Source: a virus (taxonomy: Duplodnaviria > Caudoviricetes). Taken from it: a stretch of DNA of 52,993 nucleotides. The position numbers and the translations under genes were made by a program. Shown here one piece after another: positions 19,301-28,100 of this stretch. The stretch spans positions 1-52,993 of IMG/VR virus record IMGVR_UViG_3300025083_000046; one strand, written 5' to 3'. How positions within the stretch are numbered: position 1 is the stretch's first letter; each line of letters opens with the position of its first letter. Under the pieces are notes generated by a model. That model made no database searches and had not been told where the DNA came from. It was given only the letters and a program-made list of their open reading frames with translations.

Positions 19301-21055
19301 TATCCTATTACCAATGGCTTTCATATGGGTAATGCGGGTAATCAAACTGCAACTGATTCAGCTATAATAAACTCATCATTCTTTAATTGCTTCTCATTTG
19401 GCAATGGAGCTGAGAGTTATAAGATTAGAGACAGCTTGGCTGCCCCATCATTTAGATTGGGCGAGCGTACTACCGCAGTATCCGAGCAAGATTTTAAGGA
19501 AGCACATAGATTTGCTGATATTACATATAGTGGTATATACAATGCTGACACGAATGTTAATAGATTAAATGAATTCAATCTAGGGACAGCAAACTTTAAG
19601 GAATTAGAGAAGAGCTTTGGGCCTATTAGAGTGCTTGATGCAAGACAAACCGATATCCTTACGCTACAAGAGGATAAGATATCCTATGTGTTGTCTAGTA
19701 AGACTTTACTATCTAGCGCATCAGGAGGGGGTAATGTTGCAGCAATACCTGAAGTGTTAGGTAATCAAATAGCAAGAATTGAGAAGTATGGTATTAGTAA
19801 TAATCCTGAGAGTTTTGTTTCGTGGGGGTTTGATAAATTCTTTACAGATACTAAACGAGGAGCAGTACTTCAATTAAAAGGAAGTGGACAAGCAGAGCAG
19901 TTAAAAGTTATATCAGACACTGGTATGGGGTCATGGTTTAGAGATTACTTTATTCTTACGCCTAACACACAGAAGTTAGGTGGATACGATCCATATATGA
20001 ATGAGTATGTTTTGTCAGGCAACTTAACATCTCTACCTACAGCACCTGTTATTTTAGAGTGTGGTGCAGATTATAGAGTATACACATCAGGATCAGGAAC
20101 AACGAATTGGGAAGTACTTTTAAATGAACCTGTAGGTACATCTACTGTAAATTGGACTGCATCATTTAAAGACCCCTCTACAACAATAACTGTGAGCGTT
20201 GCTTATAATGGTGTTGTATATACATCAGGTACTACAAGTGCATCTTCTGGTAGCTTTACTTTTGATAAAAACTTCGCTGGTGTTAGTGAGGCTCAAGTGG
20301 GTGTTGTCATTGTTGGAAGCGCAGCAGACTTTACTGTAAATGTAGGATGTCCTGTAGTGACAACATTGAATGTTGTTAAAGTGTGTTTGAATAACAATAC
20401 ATACAATGGTCAGTACATTCACAACGATTACTATTGGACTCAAGGTACATTTGACAGTCCTACAAGTAGCGACTTAGTGTTACTTCAAGCGCAAGATAAT
20501 ACACCTATAAACTTTGCAATATCTCAGTATGATGTGTTGTCAGGCCCTTCGGGTGGTGGTGTTATTCCTCCTGTGCCTACTGTTGCTGATCCAGTTACAA
20601 TTCGAATTCAATCTACGAAGATTGGTTTTGATGATTTCAACTTTGACCCCACAGTGCATCAGTTAAGATATGCTTTAGAGTCTACCCTTTATGGTAACAC
20701 TCCTGCTGACATGAACACCTTACTAGGTTTATCTACGATACTTGCTCCAACGCAAAACCCTACGACAGGTGTATACTACTACGACATAAACTATGTTCAG
20801 TCAGGAACATTCAAGCCATACTTATACTTAATATATAGTTACATAACCTGTGAAAGTCTTGGTTCAACTTGTAAAGAGTATAGTGTTGAGAACACTGCTG
20901 CTTTTGCTGCTACAATTAGATACAATGATTGCTCAGGTGTTCTTCAAACCTTAAATGTAAACCCAGCAACAACAATTACCTTATGTATACAGAGTATAGT
21001 GGCTTATAACACAGACGCTTTAAATGTTAACTTAATAGATTGTAGCTGTCCATAA
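16331..21055 (+). CDS. tail nozzle/stabilisation protein (P22 gp10/crAss muzzle-like), N-terminal part with inserted domains
   Basis: Starts F..GRMNKSVDERLLPQGEYVDAMNIR; beta-propeller-like repeats (GISNNPESF, FFTDTKRGAVL, GGYDPYMNEYVLS). Confidence 0.75.
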   Translation: MKIERSFVRGRMNKSVDERLLPQGEYVDAMNIRLGSTEESEIGAIENARGNELIAEVQYLNQSLSSQAVCLGSLEDSENETIYWCVHDPANAQSTTTGKVDIIVSYNTLNDALTYHVISTDDGDGVNTALNFSTTYRVNAMTFIDGLLFFTDNNNQPMRINVDRVYNEPSVKDLLVIVQPPNESPTVQLQTVAGLENYMDTRFISFAYRYKYRDGEYSALSQFSEIAFDPKPFSLSVDTYQNEGMVNEFNSASVSFNTGGENVTGIDLVFKLSNQSVVNVIEKFDKSSQGWLDNQTKTRNFTNRKIYTTLGTSEILRVFDNVPRKAQAQTIMGNRLMYGNYVDGYDVKDSDGNDCDIVYNTELVSEDLTPVELGVSFDPFDFTIDPAVTRTVSDGQIDIDCSAIASGLEQGASLDFTIRIVHDSFSGSGAPSTTQAPFTITFSVVLDQPYASIANLVSSAVFTEALQGITFPTDLTQCGTTAQGFSTTDQFNCTIQAPLDPSITWNKDMSSPTATIGVPITAIAYNTNTIRITLIAMRYVDAATPGVYLYEYFGSSGAGATFSTSANKRSLHSDRDYEVGIVYMDDFNRSTTALVSTNNTVFVPPGESTSKNSIKVTIPPNQKPPSWATRYKFVVKPSSIDYEVIYSDLFFIDPADSATYVKLEGDNQTKAAKGDRLRVKRDTDGALSQRIETVILELQSQPANFISDNVDGDGDNISEPGGLYMKIKPNGYNTQYDPNSFLGGSTVTNSSDVPNSLGIPPSNRPNYMPTVNYLCSIPNPNFDSVAGPSLTNLPFLPWTIPANSRVVFDITFKRERRGNACDQYIYRFQKEITASEDYSSLYDFVIGQNVNFDSGENDPNNGESPNQNVFDPNIVQLPFDISTSPGMPIGPAATPDAPAPITGTNQYGFVGSDVDWTGSGGSSSADYYAGKQFFQIRSGMQPCDSATIFNKPRQSILSASVRVFTSENLLIFETIPVESDANIYYEGSDSYPITNGFHMGNAGNQTATDSAIINSSFFNCFSFGNGAESYKIRDSLAAPSFRLGERTTAVSEQDFKEAHRFADITYSGIYNADTNVNRLNEFNLGTANFKELEKSFGPIRVLDARQTDILTLQEDKISYVLSSKTLLSSASGGGNVAAIPEVLGNQIARIEKYGISNNPESFVSWGFDKFFTDTKRGAVLQLKGSGQAEQLKVISDTGMGSWFRDYFILTPNTQKLGGYDPYMNEYVLSGNLTSLPTAPVILECGADYRVYTSGSGTTNWEVLLNEPVGTSTVNWTASFKDPSTTITVSVAYNGVVYTSGTTSASSGSFTFDKNFAGVSEAQVGVVIVGSAADFTVNVGCPVVTTLNVVKVCLNNNTYNGQYIHNDYYWTQGTFDSPTSSDLVLLQAQDNTPINFAISQYDVLSGPSGGGVIPPVPTVADPVTIRIQSTKIGFDDFNFDPTVHQLRYALESTLYGNTPADMNTLLGLSTILAPTQNPTTGVYYYDINYVQSGTFKPYLYLIYSYITCESLGSTCKEYSVENTAAFAATIRYNDCSGVLQTLNVNPATTITLCIQSIVAYNTDALNVNLIDCSCP

Positions 21056-21064
21056 AATATTAAT

Positions 21065-21883
21065 ATGCCAATACCAACTATACCACCAAGTACCGAGCCA
21101 AGTCTTCAAGCGTACACAGTAACGTACAGTGAGAATGTGCAAGGGTTTCCTTCGTTTTATTCTTATATACCAGAACAGATACAGGGACTCAATCAATATT
21201 TATACACCTTCAAGAATGGAAGTATGTATAGACACAACACAAAGCTTCCTAATAAGAGGGGTGTGTTTTATGGTGACTTCACTTCTAGTAAGGTGCAAAG
21301 CATTATAAATATTGAGCCTACTACAGTAAAGGTGTTTAAGACCATTGAATTGGAGTCTGATGATAGTTGGGGTTTTGCTGGTCAAACAGATTTAGAGAGT
21401 GGTAACATTGATGATAGTTACTTTGAATTAAAGGAGGGTAGTTACTTCTCTTATATTCGAGGGATTGATTCTGTGCCTGTACTAAATAATGAGTTAGCAC
21501 TTAGATCCGCACAAGGAATCGGAGCAATAACTTCTGTTGATGCGTCTACACCATCAGCGATTATTATCACTTATGCTGCAAATGTTTTGGACTCAATGTT
21601 AAGTATAGGAGACTTGTTTTATTTTGTTCAGTCTAATGTTACTGTATTAGGAGGAAAGATTACAGCAGTAAATTTAACGAACAATACAATCACAGTAGAT
21701 TCTACCATTACAGGAGGTAGTTCTGGAATGCTTGCAACAAACTATTCTTTTTATATTAAGAACGCAGTAGCTGAGTCTCATGGACTCCGGGGGTACTATC
21801 TAGAGTTTGTGGTTGAAAATGACAACCGTTCAAAAGTGGAGTTGTTTACGTTGTCATCAGATGTCATGAAAAGTTTTCCATAA
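21065..21883 (+). CDS. probable C-terminal part of the nozzle protein, encoded separately
   Basis: TVTYSE..GFPSFYSYIPE, LYTFKNG, KVFKTIELES, GLRGYY and ELF motifs resemble the end of nozzle proteins. Confidence 0.6.
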   Translation: MPIPTIPPSTEPSLQAYTVTYSENVQGFPSFYSYIPEQIQGLNQYLYTFKNGSMYRHNTKLPNKRGVFYGDFTSSKVQSIINIEPTTVKVFKTIELESDDSWGFAGQTDLESGNIDDSYFELKEGSYFSYIRGIDSVPVLNNELALRSAQGIGAITSVDASTPSAIIITYAANVLDSMLSIGDLFYFVQSNVTVLGGKITAVNLTNNTITVDSTITGGSSGMLATNYSFYIKNAVAESHGLRGYYLEFVVENDNRSKVELFTLSSDVMKSFP

Positions 21884-21890
21884 TTTTTTT

Positions 21891-21898
21891 TAACTTTG
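21891..21898 (+). promoter_or_regulatory. Bacteroidota-type -7 promoter element (TAACTTTG)
   Basis: Intergenic TAnnTTTG, only 5 nt before ATG 21904. Confidence 0.5.
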
Positions 21899-21903
21899 CA
21901 TTA

Positions 21904-22314
21904 ATGCAATTCACTATTCGACCCCTTGAATACAAAGACTATGACGAGCTTTTATTAAAGTGGTGGAAAGATTGGCGAGTTGTTGCACCGAGTAGAGACT
22001 TCTTACCTAGCAATGGTTTAGGAGGATACATAGTATACGATGGAGAAGTTCCTGTATGCGCTGGATTTATTTATAACACAGATTCAAATGTTGCTTGGTG
22101 TGAATTTATTGTATCAAACTTCGACTATAAAGATAAGGAGCGTAAGAAAGAATGCTTAAATCTTTTAGGTTCTAAGGTGTCAATGGTAGCAAAGGATGCA
22201 GGTAAGAGTTATCTGATGACAATGCTAAAAAGTAAATTATTGATGGATGTTTGTGCAGATCAAGGATATATGAAAATGAGTGGAGGTTATACTCAAATGA
22301 CAAAAATTTTATAA
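21904..22314 (+). CDS. GNAT-fold protein (T7 gp13-like position)
   Basis: IRPL...D start and GYIVY...VCAGFIY...AWCEFIVSN pattern; sits between nozzle and ejection proteins. Confidence 0.5.
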   Translation: MQFTIRPLEYKDYDELLLKWWKDWRVVAPSRDFLPSNGLGGYIVYDGEVPVCAGFIYNTDSNVAWCEFIVSNFDYKDKERKKECLNLLGSKVSMVAKDAGKSYLMTMLKSKLLMDVCADQGYMKMSGGYTQMTKIL

Positions 22315-22315
22315 T

Positions 22316-23272
22316 ATGGGAGCAGCAGCAGTAGCACAATTAGTACCATTGGTAGCAACTACAGGGATGAGTTTGTATGAGATGGGGCAAGCAAAAGAGT
22401 CAGCCAATAAGGGTAATAGAAAGTTTCTTGAAGGTATTCAAAAGACTAGAGACCTTCTTGAGCAGAATGTAATGGAAGAGATTAATGTAAGTGATGAGGC
22501 TACTAGATTAAAGGGGCAGCAAAATCTTGCAGCACTTCAGCAATTAACTGACGCTACTGCTGGAGCAGGACAGCGTGCAGTGCTAGGTGCAACACCTGGA
22601 CTGATGACAGCCGCTGATGCCGCGAATGAAGCAGAGAGAGCAAATCTACAGCAAAGACTTGAGGCTAGAGAAAAAGCGATTTTAGGTCAAGATGAGGTTA
22701 ATCGCCAAGGTAAGATGGATTTAGAATTAGACATTGCTGCGGTAGGGAAAGAGCAACAGCTCGCTGAAGATGCTCGTAGACAAGAAATGATGGGGCAAGT
22801 GTTTCAAGGGTTAGGGAATATAGCTTCTGCCGGAATAGAGTCTGCTGCTTTATATCGACAAGATGGCAATGCTCGTAGGGCAGGTAAATTTGTTGACTCA
22901 TTGGGAAAGGATCAGTTAGGTGGTCTATCTAGAGGTCAAGCAATTGACGCTGTGATGGAGCAAAACTATGACCGAGGAGTTATAAATAATGCTAGGCGTG
23001 CAGGCTTTGTTCCTGATGAAGGTTTATTTCAAAACTATAGAAGTAATTTAATGGGAGCAAAAGGTTCTACAGGTAATCCTTTTGTTACACCACCATCGGC
23101 TGTGTTGCAGAATACTTTGACACCACAGACACCAGCGTCACCATTTGATATTGGAGGGTCAAGACCTTTCTTTATACCACCAACATCTTTAGGTGGAGGT
23201 GCGCTTCAAGGTATGGCTCAGGCTCAAGGATATTTTCCATACACGCAAAGTCAGATTTTAGGGTTAGATTAA
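22316..23272 (+). CDS. probable internal virion/ejection protein
   Basis: A/G/Q-rich and helical with a hydrophobic N-terminus; first of three genes of increasing size. Confidence 0.6.
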   Translation: MGAAAVAQLVPLVATTGMSLYEMGQAKESANKGNRKFLEGIQKTRDLLEQNVMEEINVSDEATRLKGQQNLAALQQLTDATAGAGQRAVLGATPGLMTAADAANEAERANLQQRLEAREKAILGQDEVNRQGKMDLELDIAAVGKEQQLAEDARRQEMMGQVFQGLGNIASAGIESAALYRQDGNARRAGKFVDSLGKDQLGGLSRGQAIDAVMEQNYDRGVINNARRAGFVPDEGLFQNYRSNLMGAKGSTGNPFVTPPSAVLQNTLTPQTPASPFDIGGSRPFFIPPTSLGGGALQGMAQAQGYFPYTQSQILGLD

Positions 23273-23282
23273 ACAAAACATA

Positions 23283-25187
23283 ATGGCAGATTTTTTTAAG
23301 TACGTTGGCAAGGCTGATAGAGGAATACAGGATTGGTCTAAGATAGGTAAAGACATTAGTGATGGCCTTAAAGAGGTTACTGATAAGAGACAGGCTGAAC
23401 GTGCTAGAATCGACAAGCTAACTTCTGATGCAATCAATGAGGTTAATAATGTTCAGTTAGGTCAGAACAAAACCTTCAATCAATTTTTACTTAATGGATC
23501 GGGACAAACAAAAGAGTTCTTGTTGATGCAGGAAAAACTTTTGAAGCAGGGTGTATTGAAACCACAGGACTATCTAAACTCTAGACAAATTGTTGCTGAT
23601 GACTGGGCGAATCTAAGCGAGGCTGCTAAGTCATTCAATACTGACTATGCTGAATCTATGAAAAGACTTCAAGATGGTGAGGCTGCAATGCAAGAGATGT
23701 ATCAGAACGAAAAGTATGATGCATTTATGAACATTCAAGATAAGGATGTATTTATAAACCCTGTAGATGGTAGGATGTATTTAACAACCACCGATGGTGA
23801 TGGTAACATTCAAAGAGACCCATCATCTATGTTGAATGTAAATGCAATCAATGCTAGGCGTAAGGACAAGATAAATAAGTTCAACGTCCAAGCAGAGGTA
23901 CAAAAGGCAACAGGCGCATTAGGAGAAGTTGTAAAGGCTCTAAATGCTGATGGTGTCATTACTCGTACCGACAAGAGATTAAATGAGATGATGCTCATCG
24001 GTGGAGTTGAGACAACATTTGATGATGCCAAGAATGACATCATTGATTCATTGATGACATCTCCTCGTAACAATGCTAGTATCCTTACCGATGATGTGGG
24101 GGGATACACATTTACAGAAGTGGAGTCTGAGGCTGGAGGCAAGGTGATATACCTAAAGGAGAATGGTATGGGTCTTCTAGAGCCACAACTTACTGACGAG
24201 CAGTTGGGTGTGGTAAGAAACAATCTTGACATGGAGATTGAGAAGCAGTTAGGATTCGAAGAGAAGAGTTCATACGAGGCAGACTTGCGTAAGAAGATTG
24301 CTGATGCTGATCGTGCAGAAAGAAGAGCTGCTAGAAAAGACAAAGAGGTGGATTACTCTGATGTATATGGCTACGCTGCTGATTTAGCATCAGGTGATGA
24401 TAAAGGTGTAAATAGAGTAATTCAATCTTTAGAATCTACACACCCTCATTTAAGTATTGTTCCAAGTGAGGGAGACACTCCTGGATATGAAGTCTTTGAT
24501 AGTAAGACAGGCGCAAGCAAAACAATTGAGATAATTGATGGAGATGTTGCAGGATTTACTGATGCTTTATTTAATATGATTGTAGGCCCAGAAGGAGTAA
24601 AAGGATTACAAACAACTACAAAGGCTAGAAAAGAATATCTAAAAGAAAACACCTTACCTACTGATGTTGTCAAGGCTAAGTCAGGTGGTACAAGAAGAAA
24701 GCTATCAGTTATATCAGCAGGGGATATTAGTTCTGGAGGAGTTAAAACAAAAGAGGGTAAACTTTTAAATGTAAGTGATGCTATTAATGAAAAGGGAGAA
24801 GATAAAGATTATAAATTACAAACTCGTTCAGACTTTGAGAAAGCAATTCACACTATGCAGTTACCTGCTGAATATAAATCTATTCAGAATAAAATACCTA
24901 AAGAGTTTACATTTAGAAATGTAGATGGAGACATCATGATGTATTATCCAGGGCCAGGTGGCAAGAGATATAAGGCTGATTTGTCTAAAGATGGTATTAG
25001 AGGTGATATGTTAAAGTATGTCAACGAAGGATTAAGGAATTTAATACAAAATGAAAACGCTCGTATAGATGCAATAAATAAAAGAGCAACAGGCAAGACA
25101 TCATCTAAGAAAACTATTGCGCAATTAAAAGCACAAAATCCTAATATGTCTGCTAAAGAATTGATAAACCTTTTCAATAATCAATAA
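23283..25187 (+). CDS. probable internal virion/ejection protein
   Basis: 634-aa helical protein, second of the trio. Confidence 0.6.
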   Translation: MADFFKYVGKADRGIQDWSKIGKDISDGLKEVTDKRQAERARIDKLTSDAINEVNNVQLGQNKTFNQFLLNGSGQTKEFLLMQEKLLKQGVLKPQDYLNSRQIVADDWANLSEAAKSFNTDYAESMKRLQDGEAAMQEMYQNEKYDAFMNIQDKDVFINPVDGRMYLTTTDGDGNIQRDPSSMLNVNAINARRKDKINKFNVQAEVQKATGALGEVVKALNADGVITRTDKRLNEMMLIGGVETTFDDAKNDIIDSLMTSPRNNASILTDDVGGYTFTEVESEAGGKVIYLKENGMGLLEPQLTDEQLGVVRNNLDMEIEKQLGFEEKSSYEADLRKKIADADRAERRAARKDKEVDYSDVYGYAADLASGDDKGVNRVIQSLESTHPHLSIVPSEGDTPGYEVFDSKTGASKTIEIIDGDVAGFTDALFNMIVGPEGVKGLQTTTKARKEYLKENTLPTDVVKAKSGGTRRKLSVISAGDISSGGVKTKEGKLLNVSDAINEKGEDKDYKLQTRSDFEKAIHTMQLPAEYKSIQNKIPKEFTFRNVDGDIMMYYPGPGGKRYKADLSKDGIRGDMLKYVNEGLRNLIQNENARIDAINKRATGKTSSKKTIAQLKAQNPNMSAKELINLFNNQ

Positions 25188-25199
25188 AACAACAACTAT

Positions 25200-28100
25200 A
25201 TGTTTGAAGTAAAAGACCTTTACGATTTAACTTTACCAGGCGCATTTGCTTCGGCAGAAGAGTGGGTACAGTTTTCATCATCTGCTAGCCCTGAAGACTT
25301 ATATGGTTTATTGCAGGATGGTGCGTTTAGTTCAGTAGAGGAATTTCAACAGCAAGTTAATTTTGGAGCATCTCCTTTAAAAAAAAAAGAAGATACGGTA
25401 TCCGTATTGGAGGATGGTTCTTCGGACTTACAAGAGCCTAGTGTTCAGGTTGAGGAAGAGCAGATTGACTTTGACCCTACTGCGGGAATAACAGCACTAG
25501 AAGAAACAGGGGTACTACCCACTCAAGCACAACGAGATTTTACACAAGAACCATTAGGGCCTGTTCAAAAAGTTCCTACAAAAGAGGAGCAGATAGAGGT
25601 GGTAAATAAATACTTATCACCTGAAAGAGAAACAGGGGAGATGGACGCTTTAGTAAAAAGAAGAAGATCATCAATGACTTCAAAATTAAAACCTGTTCTT
25701 ACTCAAGAAGGTTTAGAAAAGAATCAGAAAGATTCTCAAGTTAAATATATTATTGAAAGTCTTGATGAAGCTGATCGTTTAAATGTAGTTGCAAATTTGG
25801 CATCTATAGATGGCGAGATTACCGATGAACAATTATCACAATTAAAAAGTAAAGCAGATGCAAATATAACTTCTAAGTATGGAGAGGAAGAGATGTCTCT
25901 TTTAAATAAAATTACAGGTGGTGTAGATGCTAAAGATGTATTTAATAAATCTATACGATCTACTAATAAGTCTATAATTGATGATTTAGTTGTTGAAGGA
26001 GATGAAACTGCTACAGTAGCAAACTTAAACAATGAGTTTGCTGGAACACCATTTTCTTTTTCAGAAGCCATAATAGGTTCAGATGCAGTTGAGGTTAGCG
26101 TACTTGATGTGTCAGGCGTACCTATTAATAGTAAGATTGTACGGATAGATGATGCTATTAAAGGAAGTCAGAAATTAAAAGACTTTATGGCAAAAGCCAA
26201 TCTCTCAAAGGGTAATAAAGAATTTTTACAAGGTAAGATTAATGGTAAAGACATCAGCAATCTTCCAATGGATCAAAAGCGTTTAGCTAATTATAAGTAT
26301 ATGCTAGAGAACAAAGATAAGTTCTCAGCAGGTAAAGGTGTAGGGTTTAGTATTAATGCAGACGCTATCATGCGTTTTGTAAACGAGAACCCTGGTTTCT
26401 TTCCACCTGAAGAATTACAAAGCATAAAGCTACAACTTGATGCAGCATTAGCAGGTCAATACAAAGAGGATAAAGAATTAGAAGGTTCATTCTTTGGTTC
26501 ATTGGGAGAATCCTTTTTAAAAGGAGCAACACAGACATCTAAGTTTACTACTAACCTTGGCATTGATATAGGAGGGGCTTTGATGCCTAGTATGTTTATG
26601 CCTTCAAATTCATTTAGTGCTATAAACTTTGACGAGAATGGTAATCGATTATCGGATAGTGAGGTTATAGATAAAGTAAAGAAAGAAGGTAAGAGAGAGA
26701 TGATAGCGGCAATGGACAACGCTGTTGAATCATCCTTTACTGGTACTACTCAGGCGTGGATGAATAGTGAGGAAAGAAATGATTTAGCAAAAGCATTAAA
26801 CTTTGTGTTTGAAAGTCTTGGAGTTGTGGCTTCAGTAGGTGCTAATAAATTAGCACTAACACCCGCAGCCGCTAAGACACTAAATGGTCTAGCGTTCTTT
26901 GCATATGCTGCCAATGGTATTGAAGATGAAATGGCAGGTACTGAATACGATGAATTGTCTGAGTGGAAAAAGAAACTTATATCATTCCCATATGGAGTAA
27001 TGATTGGTGCTTTAGAAAACTTAGGATGGGAGGCATCAACAGGTGCGTTTGGAAATAAGGTGTTCGACAAAATATCTAAGGGAATAATTAGCAGGGCTAT
27101 GAAGAGTGTTCCTAAGAACGCATCTGAAAAAGTTATTAAAACAGCAATAGAAAACAGTACCAAGGCGGCAATAGCAGATGGTACAATTAAGATTATTAGT
27201 GGTGCTTTAAGTGAAGGACTTGTTGAAGGAACTCAAGAGTTTGGAGATGTTGGTTTAAAAAATGTGGTCAATCTTATAATGGATAAGGATTACTTTGCTG
27301 ACGCTCCTGATTTAAGTACTAAGGAGGGTTGGTTAGAAACGATAAAGCAAGCAAAAGAGTCTGGCTACTATGGCTTACTAGCGGGTGGTAGTTCAGCAGG
27401 TGGTGGAGGTATCATTCAAGGAACTAAAAAGCGACTACAAAGAGATGCTGACATCCGAGAGTACAATGAGAAAAAGCAAGCCCATACCAATAAGACTCAA
27501 AGAGAAAAATTAATTTTTAATATTAATAATGCACAAAGGCAGGGGCAAATGACTGCCGAACAAGCAGAGGCTGCAAAGGAGCAAGTTCTTGAGGATGCTG
27601 CTACCTATGAACAGATACCTGATGAGGGGCTATCTAATAAAAATAAATTAGAATCATTTGATTTAATTACTGAAAGAAACAATCTAGAGAAAGAGATTGC
27701 CGGAAAGAATGAAGAGCTTGTTACGAAACAGAGGGATCGTATACGAGATATTAATGCACAACTAACAATAATAGGAACACAAGATGCCACTACAGAGCAA
27801 GAAGCAAGCGGTTTGGATGAGGATCAACAAGCCAGAAATGTACAACAAATGGAGGAAGGAACACCCCAACCAGAACCTAAGCAGACTACCGCTGAAGAAG
27901 TTGAAGTCAAAGAAGAATTAAAACCTACCGAAGAGCAACGTGAGAAGCTAGAGAAGCAAGCGGTAAGAGAGTTAAAGAAAGAGAATCGTAAGACTAGACG
28001 AGAAGGATTTAAGGGTGACAAAATTAAGGGTACTCGTAAGAAGTATGAGCCTACTCAAGAAGAGATTGACGCTAGAGTTGATGAGTTATTTCAAGCACAG

